From the NCBI GenBank assembly GCA_905331295.1, contig CAJNYD010000403.1, positions 124,001 through 161,146 on the forward strand: a stretch of 37,146 nt of DNA. The letters are read 5' to 3'. Positions 24,055-36,244 of this stretch are shown here, piece by piece; position 1 is the first letter of the stretch; each line of letters begins with the position of its first letter. A program made the position numbers and the translations under genes. Below the pieces are notes generated by a model. It did no database searches. It was given only the letters and a program-made list of their open reading frames with translations, and had not been told where the DNA came from. The stretch comes from Rotaria socialis (lineage: Eukaryota).

Positions 24055-27000
24055 AATTCTTCTTCCGTATGTCAAATATTTTTAGCAAAAAGAGAATTAA
24101 TTAATATAGTCGAATGAAAAACAACAACAACAATGCCGTTGTATGCGCGTGTTTTATGTATTGCTATTTTTTTCCTTAGTGACCTTTTTCCTCAATTTTT
24201 TTTCCTTTCATTTCTTTTTGCAACAGTTTCAACAGATTTCTTTTTATTCATTTTAAGAGAATGTGTTGCTTGAATGAGTCTTGTCCTTGAATTTTTTATT
24301 TTTATTCCTTCTAATTGTAACCGTATTGTCGTCGTGAATGTTCGTGTAGTTTTTAATTGAAGTAACTGTAGTAGATGTTGAAAATGAAACCAAATAATAA
24401 AATAAACTTCTCTCTCTTTTTTGTAACAGCTTATATTTAATAAATTTTAATTGCATATGTAAAGAAATTGAAATAGTCAATTATGTCTCCTCACAGTTAT
24501 TTCAATTATATTCAAGGAGACGAAAATATAGTCAATCCGGTCATTGATTTCAACCGAAACTAAAGATGATAAAAATGACTGAGGCATACACAAAAAAGCC
24601 AATTATTTTTTAATAATATAGAAGAGGAAAATAGTGCATCTTGTTAAACAATCATTTTACTTATCGACGAGAAAAAAAAGTAAAAGGTCTCGCGCATATC
24701 ACGCCAAGTATTGTAATGAGACTGTGAGAAAATTCATTGACAAAAGCAAATGACGGCTAAGTTTGTTTTCGATTGTGATCTATCGAAAGTTATAGTAATG
24801 TATATTTTTTTCGTAACACATTAGACAAGAAAAATCGGTCATTTATCAAATTTTTTTCCTTCTTCCATGAGTGTTTAACGTACTTTACATGTTCGTTGGA
24901 TACGGATCAACCCATGAATATGTTGCTGGAGTTAATTTTTCTTCTGCGATGAAAGAAATTCTTACTTGTTTGAATGTTTTTTGAATAGTTAAATAAATGA
25001 ATTACGCACTTGATACTATTCATTGACAAACTAAATTTTCATTTCCATTACATGTTCGTCACCGACGACTTAATACAAGCAGAATGCTAATGAGAAATTA
25101 AGCAATCTTAATGGCATTATTGGGTTTTAAATGATGAAAAAATAAGATCACTCTTTTTTCAGTTCTTATCTTGTTTTTCGATTGTAAGAAGATATATTCA
25201 AGACATTAAATCCTAATCGATGTTTTCAGTGCGTCAACGTTTGTTGATATTGAAATTAGCTTCATTAATAAAAATTCAGTAGGAAATAATCCGTGGTAAA
25301 TAATATTATTTTTTGAATTTTAATTTGTAAAAAGAAATTCGATATTTGACTAGGTAAAACTCTGATCGAAATGCTCGACTTCGCCAACATTTTGATAATT
25401 GATAAAGATCACATGTTGATTTCATCAGGAAAACAATTCAATCATTAAGGTTATGAAATCGATTTACAAGCCAATAAAGTCAATGTAATAAAAAAAAAGA
25501 GCTAGTTGGCATTTTTCTTTAATCGAAGTTCTATTTACATTTGAAATGAGGAGAATTACACTCATGATTGATTACTCAAGTTTAGTAGCAACAAAAAAGG
25601 TTTCTTTTTGCATGATTTGACTAAATAGCTCGAGTATGATTGAAAGTTGGTTTAAGAATTTCAATAAAAGTGAAATCCATCAAATCATCTTTCTCTACAC
25701 TATTACTAGTAGAGACGGAATATTTACGAATAAAACCACAATCATATAGAATAAGAAACAAATTTTACAATCTTATTAATAATAATATTGATCTAAAATC
25801 AAAAACAAATATTGGATCACATGTATACTTTAACGCGCATATGTGTGTAATTAACGTTGAAAAGAAACTGCCGTTGGTATATAGAAAATATTCTATGAGA
25901 AGAAAGAAACAGGAGAGATTTATTCCCAAATATTTTATTGCATTTCACATGAGCCTGTTACGATATATTTGTTTTAGGGTCATCTTCGCTTCTTGAAACC
26001 TTCATCATCCAATTATGATGTCAGCAAACAAAAATGCGGATTTCTCTTCTATAAACTATTTTAATTTTACAAGAAACATCTCCTTCAGCCTCTTTTGCAA
26101 CAGAATGTCATTTCATTAATAATAAGCTTATAAACTCATTCACATTTTTATCATAACTCTAAAAGTTATTTATAGACACAATCTCAGTTGCTAATTTGAT
26201 TATCCAGGTTCTTAAAGATGCTACATTCGCCGAACAAAAAATTCAGTGAAACGCTCGAGAGGAGAGCGATGTCACTGTTGAAAACGCCTTTTCTCAAAAT
26301 AAAAATTATTTCTGAACATCATAGTAATAATGATTGCACGATTGTCGATCAATTTGTATGCGAACACCTACTATTCAAAGAGAACGTGAGAGAGTAACAT
26401 ATTTTTTTTATCTAAGATGCGCAGAATTCCGTTGGAATTTCATCAAATCATATAGATAAGTTAAGAAAAATGATCGGAAATATAGGTCAGTATAACACGG
26501 TAAGAGCATATATATTTAGTAGTGTAGTGCGTGCAATGGATTTTTATCATACTATTTGAATGATCTGTAAACCTTCTTATCGAGAAAGTTCATTATTTTA
26601 ATCTAACTGAATAATCTCAGAGACAAAACACACAAGCAATACAGCATATATATATATATAGCTTGTCAGTTGAAGAAATTTGTATTTATAATTTCAAACA
26701 GCTCGCCGTTTATAAAAAAAGAAAAAAGAAAGGAAGAAAACCAACTCATGGTTTAACACTCATATCACCTGCTAATTCTGTGTCTAATCAGAGCATTGTA
26801 TCTATTAAGGAATACATTGACATCGGCTTGAGGGTGTGGTATAGGTAAATTCAATTAAAGAAGAAACAAGTAGTTATATAATCACTATTTTCATGAAACC
26901 ATTTTCTCTCAGGTCGCACGGAGAACATCATCATGAACGGCGTCGTCACTTGCAAATAAAAAGAGCGTGGAAAGAAGACAGAGAAACATTAGATGCATAT

Positions 27001-27096
27001 ACAGCAGAGCACCATAAAGAGATACTCCTGCATGATTTAAAAAGAGTGACTTTCTATCAGCACTCTTACTTCTAAACACATTGGCATTAAAATTGA

Positions 27097-28511
27097 TGGA
27101 ATCAAAGAGAATTCAATCAAAATTTGGACATCCTTCAGTTTTACTCTGTCTTGTATGTGGAGGTGAAGCACGTGGAATCAATTTCAATGTGGCAACATGC
27201 ACATCGTGTCGACTATTTTTTTCGGAGGCATGCACTCCGACAAGCGGTAAGTTACTTTGTATTCAAAAACGAAACGAAAAACCCATTGCAATTGAACTTA
27301 TTAGAAAGAACATGCATGTGAATTTAACGATGATCGTACAATAACAGTAAAGACGCGTGGTAGACATTCGGCTTGTCGCTTGAAAAAATGTTTCGTTCTT
27401 GGAATGAATTTCAAATCAATTCGTTGTTTAAATCAAACATCGATAGAAAAAATGGAGCAAGAACCAATTCGACTGTCGAAAGTGATTTTCAATAAATAAC
27501 TGAATTTTAAAGTAAGTTTTAGTTTTTTATCTTTCATATAGCCTGCAACATTGAGTCTTCTATTAAAAGATCGTTCAGCATTAACATTCGATGGTTGAAC
27601 TCTCCTTTCGAATATTGTTTATGCTTATGATCAACAAAATACAAGTAGGATAATTCGAAGTACACTTCATGAACTATCATATGTACCACCGAAATTTTGT
27701 TCGAAAAAAGCTGATGCATTTGGATTAATATTGGTTTATGTTTTTCATCGATTCAACCATTTATACAACTTGCTTCATATTGTCATGATCTACCAAAAAA
27801 TATTCCTCAAATTCTTCTAGAAAATAATTATAAGCCATTGAGAACATTCAATTCATTCTTTGTTGCTTCTGAAGTGCACGTACTTGAAAATGAATATGCT
27901 TGCCCGAATTGCAATGAAATGATTGGTGATAATTACACAAAAGATAGTCAACGTCATGCTACCAGAATGGAACTCAATGAAACACTCGTTAAAATGATGC
28001 ATATGATTTCATGAGATGCCTAGTTCGAATTCGAATATAAATGGACACCCGACTGCATGGTATCAATTCGAAAATAAGTGATAGAAATAGATTTAGTTTT
28101 ATATTTAGTTTAAGATGGAGTGGGTGTGGGTTGAGGGGGACTAAGGTGTAACTCTGGGTGTAGGTGAAGGGTGCCCGGAAGAGGTGCAGAGGGGTATCCG
28201 AGATACTTCAAATGTGGTTGTGGGCGATGGATACCACGGAGAAGCACTGAAATGTGGGTGTAGGTGAAGGGTATATATGCATTCATGTCGCATATATCGG
28301 AAAGTTATACTAAAACTAAATCTATTCCTAGATTTAGTTTTAGTTTAACTTTTTCTTTTCTCCATATATATTCGAACTCGAATTAGACAGCTACTCTTTA
28401 AATTATCTTGTGAAAAGTTATTTAGATATACTTGTTCAAATGAATGAAAATAATAATAAACAACATAAGACTATGGTAGAAGCCGTCAGAGAAAAACTGC
28501 ACATTTTCTAA
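27097..28511 (+). pseudogene. Nuclear hormone receptor pseudogene (C4 zinc-finger DBD plus LBD remnant), interrupted by a MITE
   Basis: CLVCGGEARGINFNVATCTSCRLFF, then a 7-T run (+1 frameshift) before RRHAL. The next exon CEFNDDRTITVKTRGRHSACRLKKCFVLGM has two zinc-finger-2 Cys replaced by R and H. The LBD region has stops. A probable C-terminal piece LNYLVKSYLDILVQMNE...KLHIF* lies at 28398-28511. Confidence 0.85.
28020..28386. mobile_element. MITE-like element with 26-bp imperfect TIRs
   Basis: ctagttcgaattcgaatataaatgga (28020-28045) versus tccatatatattcgaactcgaattag (28361-28386), 3 mismatches. Inner inverted pair at about 28082-28104 and 28307-28330. Internal direct repeat tgggtgtaggtgaagggt occurs twice. 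Confidence 0.75.
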
Positions 28512-29462
28512 CTTTAGATGAAATGCTTCCGTTTGTGTAAACTTTCAATGTTCTATGTTTAAAAGAAAACTAATTCATAGAAGAAAGAGAAAGTATTTAC
28601 TCATTATCATCGGTAATAAGTAAATATCTATTTGGGATATATTTTGTATTCAAGAGCCGATGATAAAAGGTTCGTGCTTATCTTCGTAACTTATAATCAA
28701 ACAGAAGTATTCTTTTCATGTACTACTTACGGTTAGAAATCTTAATAGAAACGACGTTAATTTTGTCTTCTTGCATTAATTAAATCAAGAGTCGACACAA
28801 TCAAAATGATTTTGTCATTCTATATACATGTATATTATATGTACGAGATACTCTATGGAGACTTGAAACAAGCTACGAAAGAAAAGAATACTTATGCAGG
28901 TTGTGACATACACTTTTTCTGGTAACACGTTGAAGTATCTGTCTATTTGTGGATTGATTATTCGAGTCGACATGACAGGTCACTACAAAAAAGGGACAGC
29001 CATGCTTCTGACGTATTCAATTAATACTTTACCATAATCTAGGTAGTCTCCTTTGTTTTAATCTTTTCAACAATATCGCTTGTACTAAACTATGTGGAAA
29101 TAAGCACGGAAAGATAATAATGATGAATTTCTTAAAATAACTGATAGTATTGTTTACTTTTCAGAAATTTTGTGAATCAAGTCGTTCTTTTCTTTTCTTC
29201 CATCTGTTTATTGTAAAAAGAACGAATGACATATTTTCACATACGTAAAATGTTCGCAGAATTTTCATCATTCATTAATATCGAATAGCTTACACTATTT
29301 TTAATAAAAATAAAATACACGATCAATCATTATAGCCTTGAAGCCATCAATGACTCAAAATTTACTCGTAGGAAGGTTTTTCGTTGCCTATTCAATTCGC
29401 TTTAATAATGATGAATCATGCAAAAGAAATAGAAAATAGTGAAGTAGTCTCCATGCAGTCTG

Positions 29463-29472
29463 ATATATAAAT
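29463..29472 (+). promoter_or_regulatory. Putative TATA box upstream of the intronless secreted-protein gene
   Basis: atatataaa about 40 nt upstream of the ATG at 29506. Weak evidence given the AT-rich background. Confidence 0.35.
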
Positions 29473-29505
29473 CCATGCAATTTTGTTGTACCACTCATAA
29501 ATAAC

Positions 29506-30096
29506 ATGTCGATTAATTTTTATTTTACATTTTTGTTGGTAAGCACAGTATTGATCTATGTTGATGCAGTAGATCCTATCAAAACGTATTCGATTCGTAA
29601 AGATTTCTTTACTGGTATTAAAGGTGGTGAATTTTCAGTTCGTGATCCGAGTGGGAAACATCTTTATTATCGCATTGAATCTGAATATGCCATATTACAT
29701 ACGATTAAAGTAATTGCCTATCCATCAAAACAAGAAATTGGTCGATTGAAAGCTAATTTAAAACCAATATTATACAAAGCTGACATTTCAATTTTGAATG
29801 CTCAAACAAATCAATGGACTCATGGTGTTTTTCAACAAAATTTACAAATACTCGGTAGTTCATTTAATATCGATTGGAATGGTGATCAAATTCGAATGGA
29901 AAGTGAACCGGTCTCATTTACATCGAAATTTTACGATAAAAACTCAACATTATTAGCACAATTCAGACTAAAACCTGCTTCAGTATTTTGGACGAAAAAA
30001 TATGACATGGAAATATTTTCAACGAAATATCCAGAGCAAATTTACTTCTTATCAATGGCTGCTCGTGATCAGATTGTTTCATCGAAACATGGATGA
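29506..30096 (+). CDS. Intronless 196-aa secreted protein, probable LURP1/Tubby C-terminal-like (scramblase-like) beta-barrel
   Basis: Long open ORF with a signal peptide (FYFTFLLVSTVLIYVDA). Pattern YSIRKDFF..GEFSVRDPSGKHLYYRI...LLAQF...FWTKKYDMEI..YPEQIYFLSMAARD, i.e. beta strands ending in a hydrophobic helix. An AATAAA follows the stop. Confidence 0.75.
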   Translation: MSINFYFTFLLVSTVLIYVDAVDPIKTYSIRKDFFTGIKGGEFSVRDPSGKHLYYRIESEYAILHTIKVIAYPSKQEIGRLKANLKPILYKADISILNAQTNQWTHGVFQQNLQILGSSFNIDWNGDQIRMESEPVSFTSKFYDKNSTLLAQFRLKPASVFWTKKYDMEIFSTKYPEQIYFLSMAARDQIVSSKHG

Positions 30097-30650
30097 AAAT
30101 TTAACTATATTAAGAAGCATTCTAATCCTACTATGAATTCGAAATAAAAATCAACATAAATTATAAATTTACTTTTCTTTATTTGCTTACGTCTTATCAT
30201 AAATTCTATATATATATGAAACTTTTTTTTATAGAACTCGAAAACAACACTTCGTTGTATTAAGTTAAAGTTCCATATAATCGAGCTTGGTATTATGTTA
30301 GCTTAGTTTTGTCGTACTGGTTGAGCTTACCACAAATATTAACTCATCTAGAGCTAAAACATGACTTCATACCGTTTTGTGACACTATTATACCAGATGA
30401 TGTAGAAAAAGAGAAAAACATTAGCAGTTTTTTTTCACTCGGGCATGTAATTTTTTGGGGTGCAGAAGTAGGTGTTCTATTATGTTCAGATTTACTCATT
30501 CTCACACTCACACCCTCGATACTATCAAAAGCATGAGATTCATATATGCTTGTATTAAATTAAGAAATAAACTATAGCGTAACAAATAAAACATCGTGAT
30601 TACATTTTATTTCCGATACGTAAATAAAAATATTATCAAAGCTTTTGTTC

Positions 30651-30933
30651 CCCTAGTCAACTTTCCCTAGAAGAATCGCCAGGGAGTCCCCTGACAAATC
30701 CCCGGGGACTCACGACAGGGAGTCCCTAGGGATTTCGTTCTTTTATGGGGACTCACTGGGGACTCCCCGGGGAGTTATATGACCAAAATCGATGAGATAT
30801 CTAATTCCTAATAAATTCTTCTAAATTTTTTAAAATTTAAAAAAATTGAAAAGTTTTTTTTTAATTTAAAAAAACTGCACCAATTCTCCCCAGAGAAATC
30901 CCCGGGGAGTCGTCGGGGGAGAGTGGATTAGGG
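30651..30933. mobile_element. GC-rich MITE-like element with degenerate TIRs and GGGAGTCCC/CCCCGGGG subterminal motifs
   Basis: Left ccctagtcaactttccctagaagaatcgccaggga versus reverse complement of the right end ccctaatccactctcccccgacgactccccgggga (about 26/35 match). AT-only palindromic core. No TSD seen. Confidence 0.65.
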
Positions 30934-31097
30934 TCTGCTCTTAAAATGTAACAGTGAAAAACAAAGACACGCTAATGAAATTCTATCATCGATACCATCG
31001 TTTTCTTTTCTTGTTTTCATTCTTCTTTGAACAGTTAGCGTAGCAATATTTATCGAATTCAAAATTCTATTGAGCAAATACTAGAGAAAACAAACAT

Positions 31098-31851
31098 TTA
31101 CAACTTATTTTTCACACAATCTATAGTGCTCATCATGACTGTAATATTTGAATGTGTTGAAAGGAGCGACTTTCTCATAATAGTCAGTGCCTTTTCTGCA
31201 AGCGGAATTGCTTTTGAGTATTCGCTCATTCCTTCATACAATAGACCAATGTTGTTGTAGGAAGTAGCCAAACTGGGATGATTTGGAGGCAGCTATTTCT
31301 TTTATTTTCAGATCTTTTCGTAAAATTCAAGTGCTTTCGAGTAATCCCCCATGCGCCTATACGTTGTGCCAATGTTGCCATAAGTAGAAGCCGATGAAGC
31401 ATCATCTTCTGGAACAGTTTTCCGCTTGGTTTCGAGTGATTTTTCATAGAAAGTAACTGTTTCTTCATATTCACCTTGATCGTGTTTCAAGTATCCAAGC
31501 ATGTGATAGATATGTGTTCTATCACTATCATTGGAAGTATTCGCGAGTAATTCATTGTAGAGTTCTTCAGCTTGATTGAAATGTCCCACTTCGACTATCA
31601 ATTGACCCATTCGATACCATCCTTCATCATTGATCTCCTCTTTGATGCAATCAGTAAGACCAGTCAGTTGTGGATCACTCTCGTCAGTAATAGCCAATTG
31701 TGCTTCCCAATTACAATTATTCTTAGTTGTCTGTTTAATTTCAACGATACGAAAAACGGTGCGCATTGTAAATAGAATTTCTTTTTCTTGTGCAAGACCA
31801 CTGTATTCATCAATCATAGCAAACGGAGTACTCGAAGTTGATACTTTACTT
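31098..31851 (-). pseudogene. 5'-truncated TPR-repeat protein with the end of an ADP-ribosyltransferase-like domain
   Basis: STPFAMIDEYSGLAQEKEILFTMRTVFRI (ExE-type motif), then TPR units (GHFNQAEELY, GEYEETVTFYEKSL, ASTYGNIGTTYRRMGDYSKALEFYEK). Frameshift near 31310, then HPSLATSYNNIGLLYEGMSEYSKA...KNKL* ending at 31098. The upstream part is replaced by transposon DNA. Confidence 0.85.
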
Positions 31852-32165
31852 CAGAGTTGGGCATCACCATGGCTACGAGTACATTTCGAACCAGGGTTGT
31901 CAGCTGCTCAGGTCCCAAATGGGGTACACGTTAGGTACAACTCAGCTGTAAATGGGGTACATTCGTGAGGTACGCAGTTTACATCTTTCACACTGGTCAT
32001 CGACTGCGGAAATCAATTTCGAAAACTATTTTCAATCAGGAAAGGGCATTCTCAGTTTTCCGTTTTACTGTAAAGTCTAGCTTTCAAATTGAAAGCTTTA
32101 TTTTCTAATAAATATGTTCACAATAAAATTTCGTTTTGACATATATATATTCAATTCAATCATAA

Positions 32166-32992
32166 CAGTGGCGGCGGAGTCACTGAGATCTATGAGGCTT
32201 GAGCCTCGCCTAGATTTCGGAAGATGAGGCTCAGCTTCATCTTGTTTTTGTACTGATTATTGCTATTTTTTATTCTTGCATCAAAGTCCATGCAAAGAAA
32301 AGTATATTTTGGTATTTTCCAATCTTTGTTTTTAATTGTACTGACCATTTTTGTGTACTCAAAAATTGAGTACACTCTAGATTCGGTCAGTGTGTCCGTC
32401 CGTTAACATGATAACTTTTGAAAGCCCCATCCACTTGTCATGAAATTTTGTACATAGAATGATCTCATCAATATCTCAGTCGAGTTCGAAGATGAAAGTA
32501 ATCCGTTAAGAATTTGTTGAGTTACGCAAAAAATATCCTTATTTTCAATGTGAATAGTGAATAGGTTGCTCACAAGATTTCCTCTGTATCACAGTGTCAA
32601 AAAACTCACATATCTTGATAATGTGTGGGTGCGATATTTACTTGTTTTTCATATGAGCAATACCAATTTTTTCAGAGTAAATAGAACTCGTCACTTAGCA
32701 ACTGTCTTTATGAGTTGTATCTTCAGTAGTGTATTCGATTCTCGTTCTAGTTTTGTTGCGCATGATATAAAATGTTTAGGACAAAATAGGAACGGAAAAA
32801 AATGAATGCACTTTTTCGCTTTTTGAAGTGGACATAACAATCGGATGCAAATCCGATGTTTCCGCATTTATTATTTTTACTGAAGTTCAATGAAAAGAAG
32901 ACTTATTTGCTACTGGATGCTTTCATAAAATTCCACAGTAGAAAAAAAGTCCTATGAGCCTCACCTAGCTTAATGACGCTCCGCCGCCTCTG
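32166..32992. mobile_element. Non-autonomous hAT element with a perfect 8-bp TSD, nested in the larger hAT
   Basis: TIRs CAGTGGCGGCGGAG and CTCCGCCGCCTCTG; TSD AATCATAA at 32158-32165 and 32993-33000; subterminal tgagcctc(g/a)cctag motif at both ends. Confidence 0.92.
32348..32872 (+). mobile_element. Helentron-associated HINE/DINE-1-like element nested in the hAT MITE
   Basis: T-run then palindrome GTGTACTCAA-AAA-TTGAGTACAC (32353-32375) and a tgtccgtccgt motif. Near the 3' end, a subTIR-like tttttgaagtggaca and hairpin ATCGGAT-GCAA-ATCCGAT (32840-32857) precede a T-rich tail. Confidence 0.7.
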
Positions 32993-33989
32993 AATCATAA
33001 TAAAGCACAATGCTTACTCAAAGCGAACCTTCTCGATTTATATTTACACTAACTGTTGCACGCTTTTTTTTTCGAAACTGTATTTTTGTTGACTTTTGGC
33101 ACACTTTATCAGTTGCGGTTCTGTTTGGCCAAAAGAAAAAAATCTTCATATGTCATAGTACTATTAAATCTGATTTTTAATTCAGCAGCTATCGTTTCAT
33201 TCACCGTCAAATTGCGACTGTCCGTCCATGCGCTTTTTCTTTGACTAAGAACGCCTTCAACGAATGCATTCGAGCAAGGAATTGAGTACACATAAGAAAT
33301 AATTTTGTACATTTCAATACACATTGGTTTCGACTTTACAAGAAGAAAAGCCTAAAATTGATTAGACCGAAATTCCATTTCTCTTTCATGATTTTCCGTC
33401 GTCAGTTTGTGAATGAGATTATCTTCATCATGGGACTCGTTGCATATGCCATTGTTGAATTCTTCATAAACATGACCATTAGCAGCTAACCAATATAATT
33501 GACGCTTCACATCTTTATCAATAGTAAATGTCGGATAAAGAGACAGAAATTTTCTTAGTTTCAACCAAAATATGGATGACAGTATAGTCGTAACATTGAA
33601 GAATGCAGATGGGGTACAAAATGCGTACCTCATAGGTACAAATTTTTTTGAGGTACAAAAGGCTCAAATGGGGTACTGTACCCCCAAATGGGGTGCGGCT
33701 GGCAACCCTGATATAAACACTGCATAGATATATGTTGAGAGCATGTAACATTTCGTAAGGTTTCAACGAGAAAATATGAAAAATATGACTTTCTAACTGT
33801 AGATATTTATTTCGTAACAGTAAGGGATGACAATAAAGAAAAAAACTAAGTGTTCATTCGATTGCGTCTACAGTTTTTTCCACTGCATTTGTTTGAGTTT
33901 TTGTGAATAAGTTCGCCGCATTCATAACAGGCCTAAATGAGAAAAAAATGAAGCATTTGTTTCCTTTTTAGTAAATCTAGTTATATGAA

Positions 33990-34600
33990 ATAAAATAAAA
34001 TCAATCTTGCATTGGATGGGAGAAGATGCTGCTGTATTTTTCAAGAAAATCAGCACATTTTAGAATGGGTTATATTTTGCACTGAGCTATTTCTAATTTC
34101 ACTCTGCAATTAATTTTTATTTCTGAACGCTTCTTCATACAAGATCCATCAATTCATAGAAATATTCAACTTCTCTCAAAACGTAGTTATCTTTTCAAAT
34201 AGCCAGCAGAAAAAAACTATAATAAAACAATTTACTTGGATGATACTTCCCATTTGTTCCTTATAATTCCCGCTACTAGTCATATGCGTTTGTTGAGTAT
34301 AATAGTCATTGTAGCTGTGGGCATAGTCCGCTTGCTGCATACGCATGGGCGGCATTGTTGTTCCATGCTGTTGTGCATAAAATCCCATTGGATTTGCTGG
34401 AATATAATTATTGTTTGATCCCTTGTTGTTAAACACAGGATTTGCGTTCACGTTGATTATCGGTTGTTGTGGATGGAGCTATTTTAGAAAAAAAAGAAGG
34501 ATTCTTATGATTTTCTCATATACACAAAATGTTCAACTAGAACATAGCGGTTTTTCTTTGCTTGAAAAATTCGAAAGCACACATCTAGGTTGGTATTGAT
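33990..34600 (-). pseudogene. Unidentified multi-exon gene remnant with an N/Q/Y-rich exon
   Basis: Phase-0 splice VCFRIFQAKKNRYVLVEHF|LHPQQPIINVNANPVF...MGSIIQ|GTAAAT. The putative downstream exon contains several stops. No family recognised. Confidence 0.3.
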
Positions 34601-35756
34601 TCAAATACGATACCTAATTGAAGCCAAACAGCAGTTTTTCTTACAAAATTGTAAGAGCGATGATATATTCTTAAAAGCTATTCTTAATTTTAATTACGTC
34701 CAGTGTTGTTGATATGAATCTAAATGGACACTCAAGTTGATTCATGGCAAAGAATCGTAATATCTCACAAAACATAGTGAGCACAGTTAATCTCTTGTAG
34801 ATGGCGGTCAATTACATATGTGCGTATTACAGTTCACGTGAAGCTGGTATTCGCTTTTTCTACTAAATTTTCATATAAGCTTATAAAAACTCCTGTCGTC
34901 AAATTTAATAAAACAAAATTGCTTTCAACGAAAAACGTAAAATATCTAAATTGTTCAGTTGAGCTGCTACAAAAGATATTATAAAATGGATTCATTTATC
35001 TTTACTGAAAATGTTGACAATACTGTATGAAGCGTTGATTGAAGCTAACAAATAATAGAAAATATCTAACTATCACTCAAGTCTCAATTGCACTTAAACT
35101 GAGCATATAAGTCAGCTGATAGCAATCATCTGGATTGCAACAATTTCTATTTTCTCTCTATTCATGGTTGAAGTTTCCAGGAATATTATATAAGCTGCGA
35201 AAGAAAATGGTACTATAATTGAAGAAAAAAAAAGTAAAATCAGTAGAATTCTCACCGTGATATGAATATGAAAGTTCATTTTATTATTAGTGTACGTGGT
35301 ACGATCAATTATGAAATATGTTTTGATAGGCATATATATAGGACTATTTCTCGATTTCTTTTCTTTCCTTATACACGAAGATGCCTAGACGAAAAATTTA
35401 ACAGAAAAAAGAAATCATACAAAGATGACGAATAATCATCTACTATTTATACTCGGCAGATATGAATCTGGACGGCAAAGACAGCGGCGTACAATCGTTG
35501 TTATCGATGAAGATAGTTCAGTATCGGTCAATATTTTCTACAAAACATTTTGCTTGTCGAAAGAGAAAATATCACTTCTAAATATTTTACACTCGCTTCT
35601 TTCTCTTTCGTAAGGGATAAAGGATACACTTCGGTTTCATATTCGGATGATATGTATTCTTATAAACTATAATTCAAATGAATTAGCGCGAGCATTACGA
35701 TAGTTTCAAAATCCACTCAGAATTGTAATTACATTCAAATCTGTTTCAAACGATAC

Positions 35757-36005
35757 CCAGGTCGAGCATTACGACGACTAGATACTGCCGTATACGCCAA
35801 ATTTACGACCGTATACGGGCCGTATTTTAACGTTTTGGTATGCGCCGTATTACGGCCGTATATCGCCGTGTCGTATACGGTAGTACACACCAACCGTTTT
35901 GAACCCGAGTCCGATCTTATACGGCCGTATCATAAACAGGAAACGACCAAACACTGCAACGTAAACGACCGTACCAACATCATGACCGACCGTATACGGC
36001 CGTAA
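35757..36005. repeat. Cluster of TACGGCCGTA/CCGTATACGG palindromic motifs, probably a transposon subterminal region
   Basis: Many copies of tacggccgta and gaccgtatacgg follow cccaggtcgagcattacg. No partner terminus found in the window. Confidence 0.65.
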
Positions 36006-36244
36006 TTCTGAAGAAAAAAAATACATTCCTAAACCCCTCTCATCAATAGTGCGCAGACTACAGACATCAATTCTACTACATTTCCATAGGAATCACTCTA
36101 ACCAAATGCAAGCAGCAAAAAACATCTACTCCAAATCACACAACAATAACAGAAATCATACTTCCAACAGATCTTGTCGGAGCACTCTCTATAACCTAAA
36201 ATGCTCGCCCGCATCTCAAGTAAACTCCATATGATTTTCCGCGT

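Larger units (their letters stand above)
31892..33710 (-). mobile_element. Internally deleted hAT DNA transposon with a transposase C-terminal remnant
   Basis: TIRs CAGGGTTGTCAGC (31892) and GCTGGCAACCCTG (33710); subterminal aaatggggtac repeats at both ends. Minus-strand remnant SYVYSIPCSNAFVEGVLS...WTDSRN (33109-33324) matches the hAT dimerisation-region pattern, with an in-frame TAG just upstream. Confidence 0.85.

Noticed and set aside
24880..25490. Exon-like fragments on the plus strand (e.g. GKTLIEMLDFANILIIDKDHMLISSGKQF)
   Set aside because: Interrupted by stops, with no recognisable family or consistent splice model; at most a very decayed pseudogene.
25640..25996. 118-aa plus-strand ORF
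   Set aside because: Non-ATG start, K/I/N-rich composition typical of AT-rich noncoding DNA, and no motifs.
35783..36003. Repeated palindromes as a CRISPR-like array
   Set aside because: Irregular spacing, no fixed repeat-spacer period, eukaryotic context and no cas genes.
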